Shown: one piece after another, positions 9,124 to 18,423 of the stretch | Numbering within the stretch: position 1 is the first letter of the stretch | How the letters are laid out: each line of letters starts with the position of its first letter | NCBI GenBank assembly: GCA_963841825.1 | Contig: CAWJEL010000034.1 | Span: 374-64,373 of the forward strand | Origin: an uncultured Chloroflexia bacterium | GTDB lineage: Bacteria > Chloroflexota > Anaerolineae > CG2-30-64-16 | Reading direction: 5' to 3' | DNA: 64,000 nucleotides | Made by a program: the position numbers and the translations under genes | Notes under the pieces: model-generated | What the model saw: the letters and a program-made list of their open reading frames with translations, nothing else | Databases searched by the model: none | Told to the model about the DNA's origin: nothing

Positions 9124-10215
9124 AATAGCACGTTTTGCTTGTCAGGGTGCGGCAGAGGCAGGGCGCCGTGCCGTAAGAGCGCCTGCGAGATCGTGGAGAG
9201 GCTGCCGCGCCAGGCATTCTCAGGCATATCCTCTGTGATGCCGATCAGAAACCGGTCGCCGGGTGCTGCCTCGCTCAGAATACGGAGCGTCTCGGCCCGG
9301 ACTATCTCTTCCGATTCCAGGTGGACCGACGAGGGGAAATTGATCCAGAGCACCTTGTCCGCCCAAGCGGCCCGCGCCTGGGCGATCGTCACGTCGCAGG
9401 TTGGCACAGGCGTGAACGCTTCGACAACGTCCAGCCGGCAGCGGCCGACAGCCTCGACCAGCGTGCTCATGTTGGCGTCCAGATGGCAGGCCGCCAGCTT
9501 GCCGCTCTCGTGGACCGCGTCAGCAAACGCATTCAAACAGGGCACGTAGTACTGCTCAAAGCGCTTCAGTCCGACCACGTCCTGGTGGATATTGCCGCCG
9601 TAGATCAGCAGTTCGGCCGGGGAGGCCGCGGCCACCCGGTACATCTCGCGCTGGCTCGCGACCAGCAGCTCGTAGAGCCCAAGCAGGCGGTCGGGCTGAC
9701 GCCGTAGGTCCAGGCTGAAACGCTCGATGCCCAGCCACTCGATGAGCAGTTTGTTCATGGAGGTATACCCGGTGTTGCCGATCACGTAACCGTCCTCGCC
9801 CAAGCCGCTCTTCGGCGAGGCGAAAGGCCTCATAATTGGGCACGTACCGGGTGTCGCGCACCATGAACTCCAGCACGCGGTAGTCGTCCGGTTCCTTGAG
9901 GTAGAACTCCTTGGTGAACCAACTGGTGCCGTAACTGGGATCGAGCGCTTTGACCGCGTGTACCTCGCCGACGGGGGTCCGCACCGTCTCGGCCAGCATG
10001 CGCATGCCCGCGCAGTAGTATTCCCGGGTGACGACCTCCACGTTCGGCATCTCGACCCGGTAGACCGGGACGCGTTCGACGACGGCCACGCCTTCGTTGC
10101 GCAGGCGGCGCTCCACGTCGCCGCGCGGGAACATGAGCCAGTAGACGCTGAACGGCACCCGGTCGGCCCACTCCCCGTGCAGGGCCGCGCGAATCCTGGC
10201 TCGCGGCGTCAGCAT
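9120..10215 (-). CDS. URO-D (uroporphyrinogen decarboxylase / MtaA-CmuA) family protein, one frame break at 9799-9801
   Basis: The N-part MLTPRARIRAALHGEWADRVPF...AFRLAEERLG joins GEDGYVIGNTGY...VVEAFTPVPTCD...FLIGITEDMPENAW after a G3/C3 run. Confidence 0.75.
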
Positions 10216-10217
10216 GG

Positions 10218-10940
10218 TCAAGAGGCTCCGTGCGGCAGCATGTTGGCCAGCGGCGTCCGCCGCGAGGCCAGGCAAGGGCGAAAGACCTCGGCGTACGCCA
10301 CGCCGGCGCGCGCGCCCACCTCGCGGCAGTGATTTCGATGTTCCTCGGCCCAGTCCCCGCCGAAATGGCGCATGATGGCCATCTGGCTCTCGTGAAGGTT
10401 GATCACGCGCACCTTTTCGTCGACGATCGCCTCGCTCAACTCGACGAAGTGCGTGCCCTCGAAACCGAAGCCGGCGCCGGGGTCACAATGGAAAATCTTG
10501 GGCGTCACGGGCAGTGCCGGGTGCTCGGTCTTGATCGATGCAATCATCGTCAACATCGCGCACTGCAGGACAAGCTGGGCCGTGATGGTGTGATCGGCGT
10601 TGTATTCGTCGATCCAATCCGTGAAAATCAGGTCGGCCTTGCAGGCGCGCAGGGCGTCGATCAGCTTGAGGCGCACAGCCTTGGAGTCGAACAGGTACTC
10701 ATCCGGCTCGCCCAGGCAAATGTAGCCGGCGTCCAGGCTGGCAGCCACGGCACGCATCTCGCGTTCTCGCACCGCGGCAACCACTTCGTAGGGCGTCTCG
10801 GTGTCGAACGTGAAGCCTTTGTCGCCGTTCGTGGTACAGATGAAGGTGATGCTGTGACCGCCTTCGCGGCGGTACCTGAGCAGGGTCCCGAGCGCGCGGG
10901 CCTCGTCATCCTGATGTGCGCCGACGTGGACGATGTTCAC
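10218..10940 (-). CDS. PIG-L / LmbE family deacetylase
   Basis: 240 aa with the N-terminal motif VHVGAHQDDE (AHPDDE-type). Confidence 0.8.
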   Translation of the reverse strand: MNIVHVGAHQDDEARALGTLLRYRREGGHSITFICTTNGDKGFTFDTETPYEVVAAVREREMRAVAASLDAGYICLGEPDEYLFDSKAVRLKLIDALRACKADLIFTDWIDEYNADHTITAQLVLQCAMLTMIASIKTEHPALPVTPKIFHCDPGAGFGFEGTHFVELSEAIVDEKVRVINLHESQMAIMRHFGGDWAEEHRNHCREVGARAGVAYAEVFRPCLASRRTPLANMLPHGAS

Positions 10941-10942
10941 GG

Positions 10943-12107
10943 CTACTTCTCCATCAGATAGATCGCTTCGTGGAGCTTTTCGGCCATCTCCCTGGCTTGC
11001 GGCACTTCGAGGAAGATGAGGCCGGCGGTCACCAACCGCGGCATGAGATCCTCTGTGACCGGCGTCAGCCCTTGAACATAGCGGTAGTCACTCTTATGAA
11101 CATAATATGGACAGCGGGTCGGGCAGTCGGGGTGCTTGTAGACGGTGGGAGCCCGGAAGAACTCGAACTCGTAGGGAGGGGTCTGGTTGAAGCCAAAACG
11201 CAGCCCGATTTTCAGCTCGTCGTTCAGCTTTCTGGAATCGTTCATAGCTCAGCCCATGCTTGTCGCCCTCCCAAGTGGAGGCCCACCAGTAGCCGGACAC
11301 CTGCGAGCCGGGCAGCACGGCGCGTGTTTTGAGCCACGCGCAGTCCTTGATCGCCTCGTTTAGGATGCCGAGCGTGACGTTGTAGACATTGTCCAGGTAC
11401 CCCTGGACGCGCTGAAGCTGGGCCAGGCCGATGGCCGCGGTGACTTCGTTCATGCGCCAGTTGAGGGTCATGAAGGCCGGGGATTCGCCGCTGAACCGCC
11501 AGACGTTGCGGATCTTCTCGGCGAGCGCTTCGTCGTTCGTGATGCTCATCCCGCCATCGCCGGTCGTGAGCTGCTTGTACTCCTGGAAGCTGAAGACGCC
11601 CATGTCGCCGAAAGTGCCGACGTGTTTGCCCTGGTAGTAGCAGCCCACGGCGTGGGCGCAGTCCTCGATCAGGAACAGGCCGTGCTCATCGCAGATTCGC
11701 CGGATCTCGTCGATCCGCGCCGGGTAGCCCCAGTGATGGGTGACAATGACGGCCCGCGAGAGATCGGTGATGTTGGCGCGCAACGACTCAGGATCCATGT
11801 TGTACGTGTCGTATTCGACATCCACGAAGCGCGGCACCGCGTTGAACCACACCGCAGCCAGCGCCCCGAAGTGGACGATGGGGTCGCACAAGACCTCGGT
11901 CGCGGTGCCGGCGCCGCTTACCGAGATTGCTTCGGCCAGGCCGTTCATGGCATTATTGCGCGACATAGCCACCTTGGCGCCGACGAATTCGGCGAATGCC
12001 TTCTCGAACTGCTCCTGCATGCCCCCAGGCGTGATCCAGCCGAGCTGCCCGCGCTGCAGGACCTCCCTGACGTAGCCCAGCTCCAGGTCGTCGTAGGTAC
12101 GAATCAT
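10943..12107 (-). CDS. DegT/DnrJ/EryC1/StrS-type PLP aminotransferase, one frame break at 11229-11231
   Basis: FLIEDCAHAVG, FSFQEYKQLTTGDGGM (PLP-Lys region). The C-terminal 100 aa continue in the frame of ORF 10943-11245 after an A3/T3 run. Confidence 0.8.
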
Positions 12108-12147
12108 GGTGTTGCTCCTCCAGTATCCGGGTAAATGGGGCGCATTA

Positions 12148-13194
12148 TCACAGCGGAAGCGTCACAACGCACTTCTCGCGGGCGGCCAGGGTGGCAGCGA
12201 AGCAGGCTTCGCTGGTCCGATAGGCGCTATCCACATCGTTGAGCGTGGGCATATCGTTGGCCACTGCCTCGATGAAGTGGTCCAGGCACTTGTTCCAGGG
12301 CTCGCCGATGCCGCCCTGCACGTTATCCGGGATCCAACTCTCGGGCAGCTTGACGTAATCTTTTTCGTGCCCCGGCTCAGAGAACTCGGGGGCCGAATCG
12401 AGCCAGACCCGGTTGTTGATCATGCTGCCCTTCGTGCCGTAGAGGGCGAAGTTGAATGTGAATGGCAGGATCGGGCCGGCGCAGAACATCACCTTGCCCA
12501 TCATGCCGTTTCTAAAGCGGAACGTGGCGATAGCGGTGTCCTCGGTTTCGATTTGCGTCGTGCGGGGCAGACAGATGTCCTTGAAGCAGGAGACTTCTGC
12601 GATGTCGCCGCCGAAGAAGCGGATCAGGTCCACGTTGTGCCCGGAGCCGGCGTGGAAGAGCGAGCCGGCGATCGCCTCGTTGCCGAGCCAGCTCCAGATG
12701 TCCCAGTCACCGGGGATGTGGTGCAGGTAATCGGACTCGACGAAAAAGACGTTGCCGAAGTAGCCCTGGGCAATCAGTTTACGGGCATGTTGGTAAAGGG
12801 GATTGAAGCGCCGGTGATAGCCGATCAGGAACTTGACACCGGCCTCATGAACCGCGGTCTGGATCCGCTTGCAATCTGCCAGCGTGAGCGCCATCGGCTT
12901 TTCCAGGTAGATGTGCTTGCCCGCCTGGGCCGCCGCGACGGCCTGCTCGGCGTGGGCGCCGTTCGGGGACGCGATGATGACGGCGTCGATGTCATCCTGC
13001 CGCAGCAGTTCTTCGGGATCGCAGTAGCAGCGTGGCGAGACTTGCTCCTGCGCCATAAACCGCTCGACTTTTTCCCGGTCGCAGTCGGGGTTAGCCAGCG
13101 CCACAAGTTCGGCCTGGGGGTTCTTGATGACATTGTGCCCGTGGTGGCTGCCGATCCAGCCCACACCGATGAGACCGATCCTCACTTTATCCAT
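12148..13194 (-). CDS. Gfo/Idh/MocA family NAD(P)-dependent oxidoreductase
   Basis: 348 aa with the IGLIGVGWIGSHH Rossmann start and the KHIYLEKPMA motif. Confidence 0.85.
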   Translation of the reverse strand: MDKVRIGLIGVGWIGSHHGHNVIKNPQAELVALANPDCDREKVERFMAQEQVSPRCYCDPEELLRQDDIDAVIIASPNGAHAEQAVAAAQAGKHIYLEKPMALTLADCKRIQTAVHEAGVKFLIGYHRRFNPLYQHARKLIAQGYFGNVFFVESDYLHHIPGDWDIWSWLGNEAIAGSLFHAGSGHNVDLIRFFGGDIAEVSCFKDICLPRTTQIETEDTAIATFRFRNGMMGKVMFCAGPILPFTFNFALYGTKGSMINNRVWLDSAPEFSEPGHEKDYVKLPESWIPDNVQGGIGEPWNKCLDHFIEAVANDMPTLNDVDSAYRTSEACFAATLAAREKCVVTLPL

Positions 13195-13285
13195 TGTGAA
13201 CTTACCTCCTTGACGATGCCCGGGTAGGAGGCAGGCGCTGACTTAACCGCAATACCGCAAAAGTCACACCAAGTGCTTCGACCGA

Positions 13286-13423
13286 TTGTCACGGCTTTGC
13301 CGTGAGCGTGGTCCCTTCTCGTTACGGTGTGACGCCAGCGAAGAATCTCCTTGCCGCAACGAGACCCTTCGCTGGATTGCCGCGGCAACGCACTTCACGG
13401 GACCAACCCGCTCAGGGTGACAA
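13286..13423. repeat. MITE-like inverted-repeat element, family 1 (copy A, divergent termini)
   Basis: TTGTCAC...TGAGCG terminus and CGCTCAGGGTGACAA terminus. The internal hairpin is CCAGCGAAGAATCTC...GAGACCCTTCGCTGG. Related copies lie at 32796, 46886 and 59506. Confidence 0.7.
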
Positions 13424-13446
13424 TAGCGAGTTTCGCCCTATGGCTT

Positions 13447-14352
13447 TCAATCCACTTTCATGCGCGGATCGAGTGCTGTGCGCAAGCCATCACCGATCAG
13501 GTTGAACCCTATGACGGTTATCAGAATGGCCATGCCGGGAAAAATCGTGACCCAGGGGGCCATGCGCATGAATCCCTTGGTTTCATAAAGCATCAAGCCC
13601 CACTCGGGGGTGGGTGGTTGGGCGCCCATTCCCAAAAAGCTCAGTGCGGCCGTATTGCGGATTGCCACACCGACACAGAGCGTGAGCACGACGATGACAG
13701 GAGCAACCACATTGGGCAGGATGTGCCGCCACATGATGCGTTCGTCGCGTACGCCGATCAGCCTGGCGGCTTCGATGTAGGGCAGCTCTCGCGCGGAGAG
13801 CACGGAGCCGCGAATCAGGCGGGCGTACATGGGGATCCACACGATGGCGATGGCGATCATCACCCAGGTCAGGCTCCGTTGGCCGATCAGGCCAATAATG
13901 GAGAGTGCCAGCAGCGTCGCGGGGAACGCGAAGATCATGTCCATAAAGCGCATGATGATGCTATCGAACGCGCCGCCGTAATACCCCGCAGCCAGGCCGA
14001 TGATCATGCCGAGGATAACCGAAAAGAGATTGGCGAGGATGCCGACCTGCAGGGAGATGCGTGAGCCGTAGATGACGCGGCTGAAAATATCGCGGCCGTA
14101 GTGATCTGTGCCCATCCAATACTGCGCGCTGGGAGGAGCAAGCGATCCTTAGGGTGCATCTCAATGGGACTGTAAGGCGCCAGCAGGGGTGCAAGAATGG
14201 CTACGAGCACGACAAGCAGCACAAGCACAGCGCCGATCGTGGCCCCTCGGTTTCTTAGGAACTGCCGGAGGACGATCTGCCGCCAACTCGTCGGTTTACG
14301 TGTCGAGGACTACCGAATTGTTGAGGGTTTGACTGGTGGAAATGGATGTCAT
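13447..14352 (-). CDS. ABC transporter permease (DppC/OppC-like), two frame breaks (about 14300 and 14131-14133)
   Basis: [31 protein letters not shown]..., then [27 protein letters not shown] and a C-terminal EAA-loop region. Confidence 0.8.
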
Positions 14353-14394
14353 GGCGGTTCAATAGTCTCCTGGTTTCGTCCAGGGCCCCTGATA

Positions 14395-15327
14395 TCAGCT
14401 ACCGGAGGAAATTCGAATACGCGGATCCATCACGGCGTAGAGCACATCGACAAACAGATTGACCAAGATAAAGACCAGCGACCCGAGCAGCACCACGCCT
14501 TGAACAACCGGCATATCGGCGGTTAGCACGCTATCCACCACCAACCGGCCGATGCCTTCTCGGGCGAAGACGATTTCGACCACAACCACGCCGCCCAGCA
14601 CAGCGCCCAGATTGATGCCGATAATGGTGACGGTGGGGATCAAGGCGTTGCGCATGGCGTGACGGGCGATGATCGTCCGCTCCCGGAGACCTTTGGCCCG
14701 GGCGGTGCGGATATAGTCTTCGTGAATCACCTCCAGCAAACTCGATCGCACCGTACGAGCGATGACACCGGCCTCGGTCAGGCCGACGACGATCGTCGGC
14801 ATGATCAGGTGTTTGAGATCGCCCTGGCCGAGGATCGGCAGCCAGTGCAGTTCGAGAGCGAAAAGATAGATCATAATCAGGGCCAGCCAGAAATCGGGCA
14901 TGGCACTGCCCAGCAGCGCCAGGATCATTGCCCCAGTGTCCCAGATGGAGTTTTCCTTGAGCGCTGCCATAATGCCCGTAACGAGGCCGATGATGATTGC
15001 GACCAGCATGCCGGCCAATGCGAGTTCCAGGGTTGTTCCCAGCCGCGCCCCGATCATACTAAGCACAGGTAGCCGCTGGACATAGGATGAACCCAGGTCG
15101 CCAACGGCCAGGTGCGCGAACCAGTTGCCCAACTGCACAAAGAAAGGCTGATCCAGTCCCATCTCCAGGCGCAAATTTTGGATCTGCTCGGCGTTGAGAT
15201 GATACATGTTGCCCATATTTTCGGCAGGGTCGTAGGGCGAAAAATACATGAGGCAGAATACGATCACTGCCACCCCAAAGGCCGTGGGGATCGCGGATAG
15301 CAGGCGTTGTCCGATGTAGCGGGTCAT
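14395..15327 (-). CDS. ABC transporter permease (DppB/OppB-like)
   Basis: 310 aa, with an MTRYIGQRLL start and DYIRTARAKGL (EAA loop). Confidence 0.9.
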   Translation of the reverse strand: MTRYIGQRLLSAIPTAFGVAVIVFCLMYFSPYDPAENMGNMYHLNAEQIQNLRLEMGLDQPFFVQLGNWFAHLAVGDLGSSYVQRLPVLSMIGARLGTTLELALAGMLVAIIIGLVTGIMAALKENSIWDTGAMILALLGSAMPDFWLALIMIYLFALELHWLPILGQGDLKHLIMPTIVVGLTEAGVIARTVRSSLLEVIHEDYIRTARAKGLRERTIIARHAMRNALIPTVTIIGINLGAVLGGVVVVEIVFAREGIGRLVVDSVLTADMPVVQGVVLLGSLVFILVNLFVDVLYAVMDPRIRISSGS

Positions 15328-15404
15328 GGCGTCTCCTCTGCCGCGGAAGCGCTGCAGGGTAGGGAGGACGGACGGTGTGTCGCCGGCCCCCCTGATTGAA
15401 TCAC

Positions 15405-15442
15405 CAGTCAGACCTTCGAGGAGGATCTCGAAGGTCTGACTG
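15405..15442 (-). promoter_or_regulatory. Perfect 16-bp-stem intercistronic hairpin after the binding-protein gene
   Basis: CAGTCAGACCTTCGAG-gaggat-CTCGAAGGTCTGACTG with no U-tract. A second 7-bp stem lies at 15449-15474. Confidence 0.6.
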
Positions 15443-15485
15443 CGAGCTCTCGCCCTGGGATCAGTCTGGGCGAGTGGTCAGGCGT

Positions 15486-17228
15486 CTACCGCTGCCAGTT
15501 GGCGTCGTAGAAGTAGTAGTAGAAGCCGCTGCCGTCGGTCTTGATGTCCTTCAGCGAGCTGAGACTGCCTGCGTGCCAGTACAGCTCGTAGATAGGCGCC
15601 TCGAGCGCGTTCTCCATAATGTACTTCTGAAGCTTGCCCAGGGCGGCCTTGCGTTCGTCCATCGTCTGGGCTTGGGCGGCCTCTTCGAGTGCCGCATCGA
15701 TCGGCGGCTGGAGGTCGGTGTCACAGGTGCAACCGAAGTTCATGGCGCCACCCGTGCATTGATCCTTGTTCCAGTCGCGGGTCATGCCCACCAGGGAATC
15801 GATAAACACGTCGCCGTTGGCGGGCAACTGGTTGACGCAGCCGCTCCAATCATCGCCGCTGGAGCTGGCCATCATGATGATGCTTGTCTTGAAGCCGACC
15901 GCGCTCAGTTGCTTCTGCCAGACCTCGCTGTACTGCTGCCAGGAGCGGCCGCGGACGATGCGAGCCTCAAGCAGCGTGCCGTCCTCTACGCCCTTGACAC
16001 CGTGGGCTTCGGCGATGCCATCGCCGTTCTCGTCCCACCAGCCCGCCTCTTTCAGGAGCGCCTTGGCCTTCTCCTGGTCAAAGGGATACATCTCCTCGAC
16101 CTCGGCATTATACTCAACGTTGGCTTTGGAGAGGGGGCCGTAGGCCGGTTCGGCGGTGTCGAAGTAAACGAGCGAATTGATCTCATCCTTGTTCGTTGCA
16201 TGGAGGATTGCCTGGCGCACCCGCAGATCATCCGTCGGCGGGATGGTAACGTTGATGTAGTTCATCTGCGGCATGCCGGGCACCAGCTTGGAGACGATGT
16301 TGAAATTGGAATCTTGCTTCAGCCGGGCCACGTGCGCATCGGGCACCAGGGTGATGAAGTGGCTCTCACCCGTTTCCAGGCTGGCCAGCCGGGCGTCGGT
16401 GTCGGCCGCGTTGCGGATGCGCAATTCCTTGATCTTGGATGGCCCGGTGTTCTTGAAGTAAGAAGATGGCCAGTTGTAATCCTGATTGGCTTCCAGCATC
16501 AGGTCGCGTTGGCCCAGCCATTCCTTGATTTTGAACGGGCCGGTGCCGGCGATTTGGCGCAGCCGGTCGGCGTCCGGCAGGTCGATAGTTTTGGGGGAGT
16601 AGATCAGGCCGGCCGGGCTCTCGGCCAGGTTGCTCAGGAAGAAGGGGCGGGGGCCCTTCAAGACGAACCGGATAGTGTTCTCGTCGACGACCTCGACCTT
16701 GTCCACCGCCTCGCGCAGGGTGGCCGCGACCGGGCTCGGTGGATCGCTGAGGAAGAAGTCGAAGTGCTTCTTAACAGCCTCGGCGTTGAGTGGGTCGCCG
16801 TCCTGGAACTTGACCCCTTGCTTCAGGGTGAAGGTGTAGGCCGAGCTATCGGCGTTGGCTTCCCATTTCTCGGCCAACGCATCACGGATCTCCAGCTTGT
16901 CATCGAGGAGGATGAGGGGCTCCAGGATCTGGAGCTGAACGAAGTAGGCGGATGCATCAGGGTAGCCCTGGCGCAGGTCCAGCTTGTCAAAGCCGTCCTG
17001 GTTATGGGCTACCACCACGACATCATCGGCAGGGGTGAACGGGTTCGTGGCCGCCGCCTCAGCGGGCGCTTCGGCCGTCACGATCACCTCGACGGGCACT
17101 TCTTTCTCGACGACGACCGTCACCTGTTTTTCGACAACTTGCGCCGCCGGAGCGGCACAGGCAGCCAGGAGCGTGGTTAGCACCATCACTAAGGCCACTA
17201 CGACCAACATCGGTGTTCGAGTCTTCAC
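15486..17228 (-). CDS. ABC transporter substrate-binding lipoprotein, family 5 (peptide/oligosaccharide type)
   Basis: 580 aa. The signal peptide has a lipobox (LTTLLAAC), and size and composition fit SBP_bac_5. Confidence 0.85.
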   Translation of the reverse strand: MKTRTPMLVVVALVMVLTTLLAACAAPAAQVVEKQVTVVVEKEVPVEVIVTAEAPAEAAATNPFTPADDVVVVAHNQDGFDKLDLRQGYPDASAYFVQLQILEPLILLDDKLEIRDALAEKWEANADSSAYTFTLKQGVKFQDGDPLNAEAVKKHFDFFLSDPPSPVAATLREAVDKVEVVDENTIRFVLKGPRPFFLSNLAESPAGLIYSPKTIDLPDADRLRQIAGTGPFKIKEWLGQRDLMLEANQDYNWPSSYFKNTGPSKIKELRIRNAADTDARLASLETGESHFITLVPDAHVARLKQDSNFNIVSKLVPGMPQMNYINVTIPPTDDLRVRQAILHATNKDEINSLVYFDTAEPAYGPLSKANVEYNAEVEEMYPFDQEKAKALLKEAGWWDENGDGIAEAHGVKGVEDGTLLEARIVRGRSWQQYSEVWQKQLSAVGFKTSIIMMASSSGDDWSGCVNQLPANGDVFIDSLVGMTRDWNKDQCTGGAMNFGCTCDTDLQPPIDAALEEAAQAQTMDERKAALGKLQKYIMENALEAPIYELYWHAGSLSSLKDIKTDGSGFYYYFYDANWQR

Positions 17229-17475
17229 GTTCGTCCTCCTTTTTGGGATTGCTAGTTGTCTGGCGTTTTGATTCGGCCGCGATAGCTGTTACCTTGCTTT
17301 CGCAATACATTGGATGGCAGGTCACCTCCCTTCATAGTACAGGAAGAAGGATAGCTTTTCGCCTTCCTCAGGCGTGACTTCTCGCATATGCGAGTCGTCC
17401 CTGACATCCCCGTAAGGCCCAGGGGTGTCAGCGTTGATCAACGGCTTTGGCTTCGAAATAGCACGACGCTTTTCT

Positions 17476-18255
17476 CTAAACCAGGATAACATCGATCCCC
17501 ATTTGGCGCAGGCGCGCGACGAAATCGGCCGGCGCGTCCGTATCCGTGATCAGCTTGTGGATGCCGTTCAGTGGCATGATCGTGGCGAGGCCAATGCCCC
17601 CTATCTTGCTCGAATCGGCCACCACGATCACCTCCGTTGCCGCCCGGACCATCGCCCGGTCAACCTCAGCCTCCAGGACATTGGCTGTGGTGATGCCCTG
17701 CGAAAAGGTTAGCCCGTCGGTGCCCAGGAATATTTTGTCGGCGTGCAGGCCCTTCAAGGCTTCAATCGTTTGGGGACCGACCATGAGTTCATAATCCGGG
17801 ACGTAGATGCCGCCCAACACGATCAGATGGAAGCCCTTGCGGGCGCCGAGCTGGCGCACGATAGGTAGGGAAGCGGTGATGACCGTCAGATGGCCGGTGG
17901 CAAGAGGATGGGTGGGGAGATGCGCAGCCACCTGCAGCGTGGTCGTGCCTGAATCGAGGATCAGCCGATCACCCGGCGCGACCAGCGCTGCGGCAGCCCG
18001 GCCGATGCGTTGTTTTTGTTCGGACCGGGGGTCCCTGGCAGCCGTGGCCGGCCCGGCAGCGCGGCCGTTGGCAACGGCGATGGCGCCGCCATGAACGCGC
18101 TCCAGCGCCCCAAGCTCCTCCAGATGCCGCATATCACGGCGGATGGAGACCTCAGAGACGCCAAAGCACTTGCTGAGCTCCGCCACCTTGACCACCTCGT
18201 GGCGCTGGAGTTCCTCAACAATCGACGCGCGTCGCTTCTCAGTGATTGAATCCAT
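17476..18255 (-). CDS. DeoR/GlpR family transcriptional regulator
   Basis: 259 aa with VSEVSIRRDMRHLEELGALERVHGGA (HTH_DeoR) and a C-terminal sugar-phosphate sensor domain (DSGTT, VVADSSKIG). Confidence 0.9.
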   Translation of the reverse strand: MDSITEKRRASIVEELQRHEVVKVAELSKCFGVSEVSIRRDMRHLEELGALERVHGGAIAVANGRAAGPATAARDPRSEQKQRIGRAAAALVAPGDRLILDSGTTTLQVAAHLPTHPLATGHLTVITASLPIVRQLGARKGFHLIVLGGIYVPDYELMVGPQTIEALKGLHADKIFLGTDGLTFSQGITTANVLEAEVDRAMVRAATEVIVVADSSKIGGIGLATIMPLNGIHKLITDTDAPADFVARLRQMGIDVILV

Positions 18256-18423
18256 GCTGCCCCCTGCGGCCGGTTGGACTCAAATGTATCCTGGAGAATG
18301 ATCAGTGCTTTCGATTAGACGTTCACTATGTTTCGGATTGAGCGTAACCAAAAGTCTATCACCTCTTCCGTGGCCTGTCAAAGGTTTCAGATTCGTGGAA
18401 CAACCGGCAGAAGCGCTGTTTTG

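Noticed and set aside
15396-17180. 594-aa plus-strand ORF antisense to the substrate-binding protein gene. Similar long antisense ORFs occur at 12106-13227, 18577-19953, 28257-29219, 29316-30491 and 55911-56951.
   Set aside because: These are shadow ORFs of a high-GC sequence. Each opposite strand encodes a protein with recognisable family motifs, a signal peptide or a ribosome-binding site.
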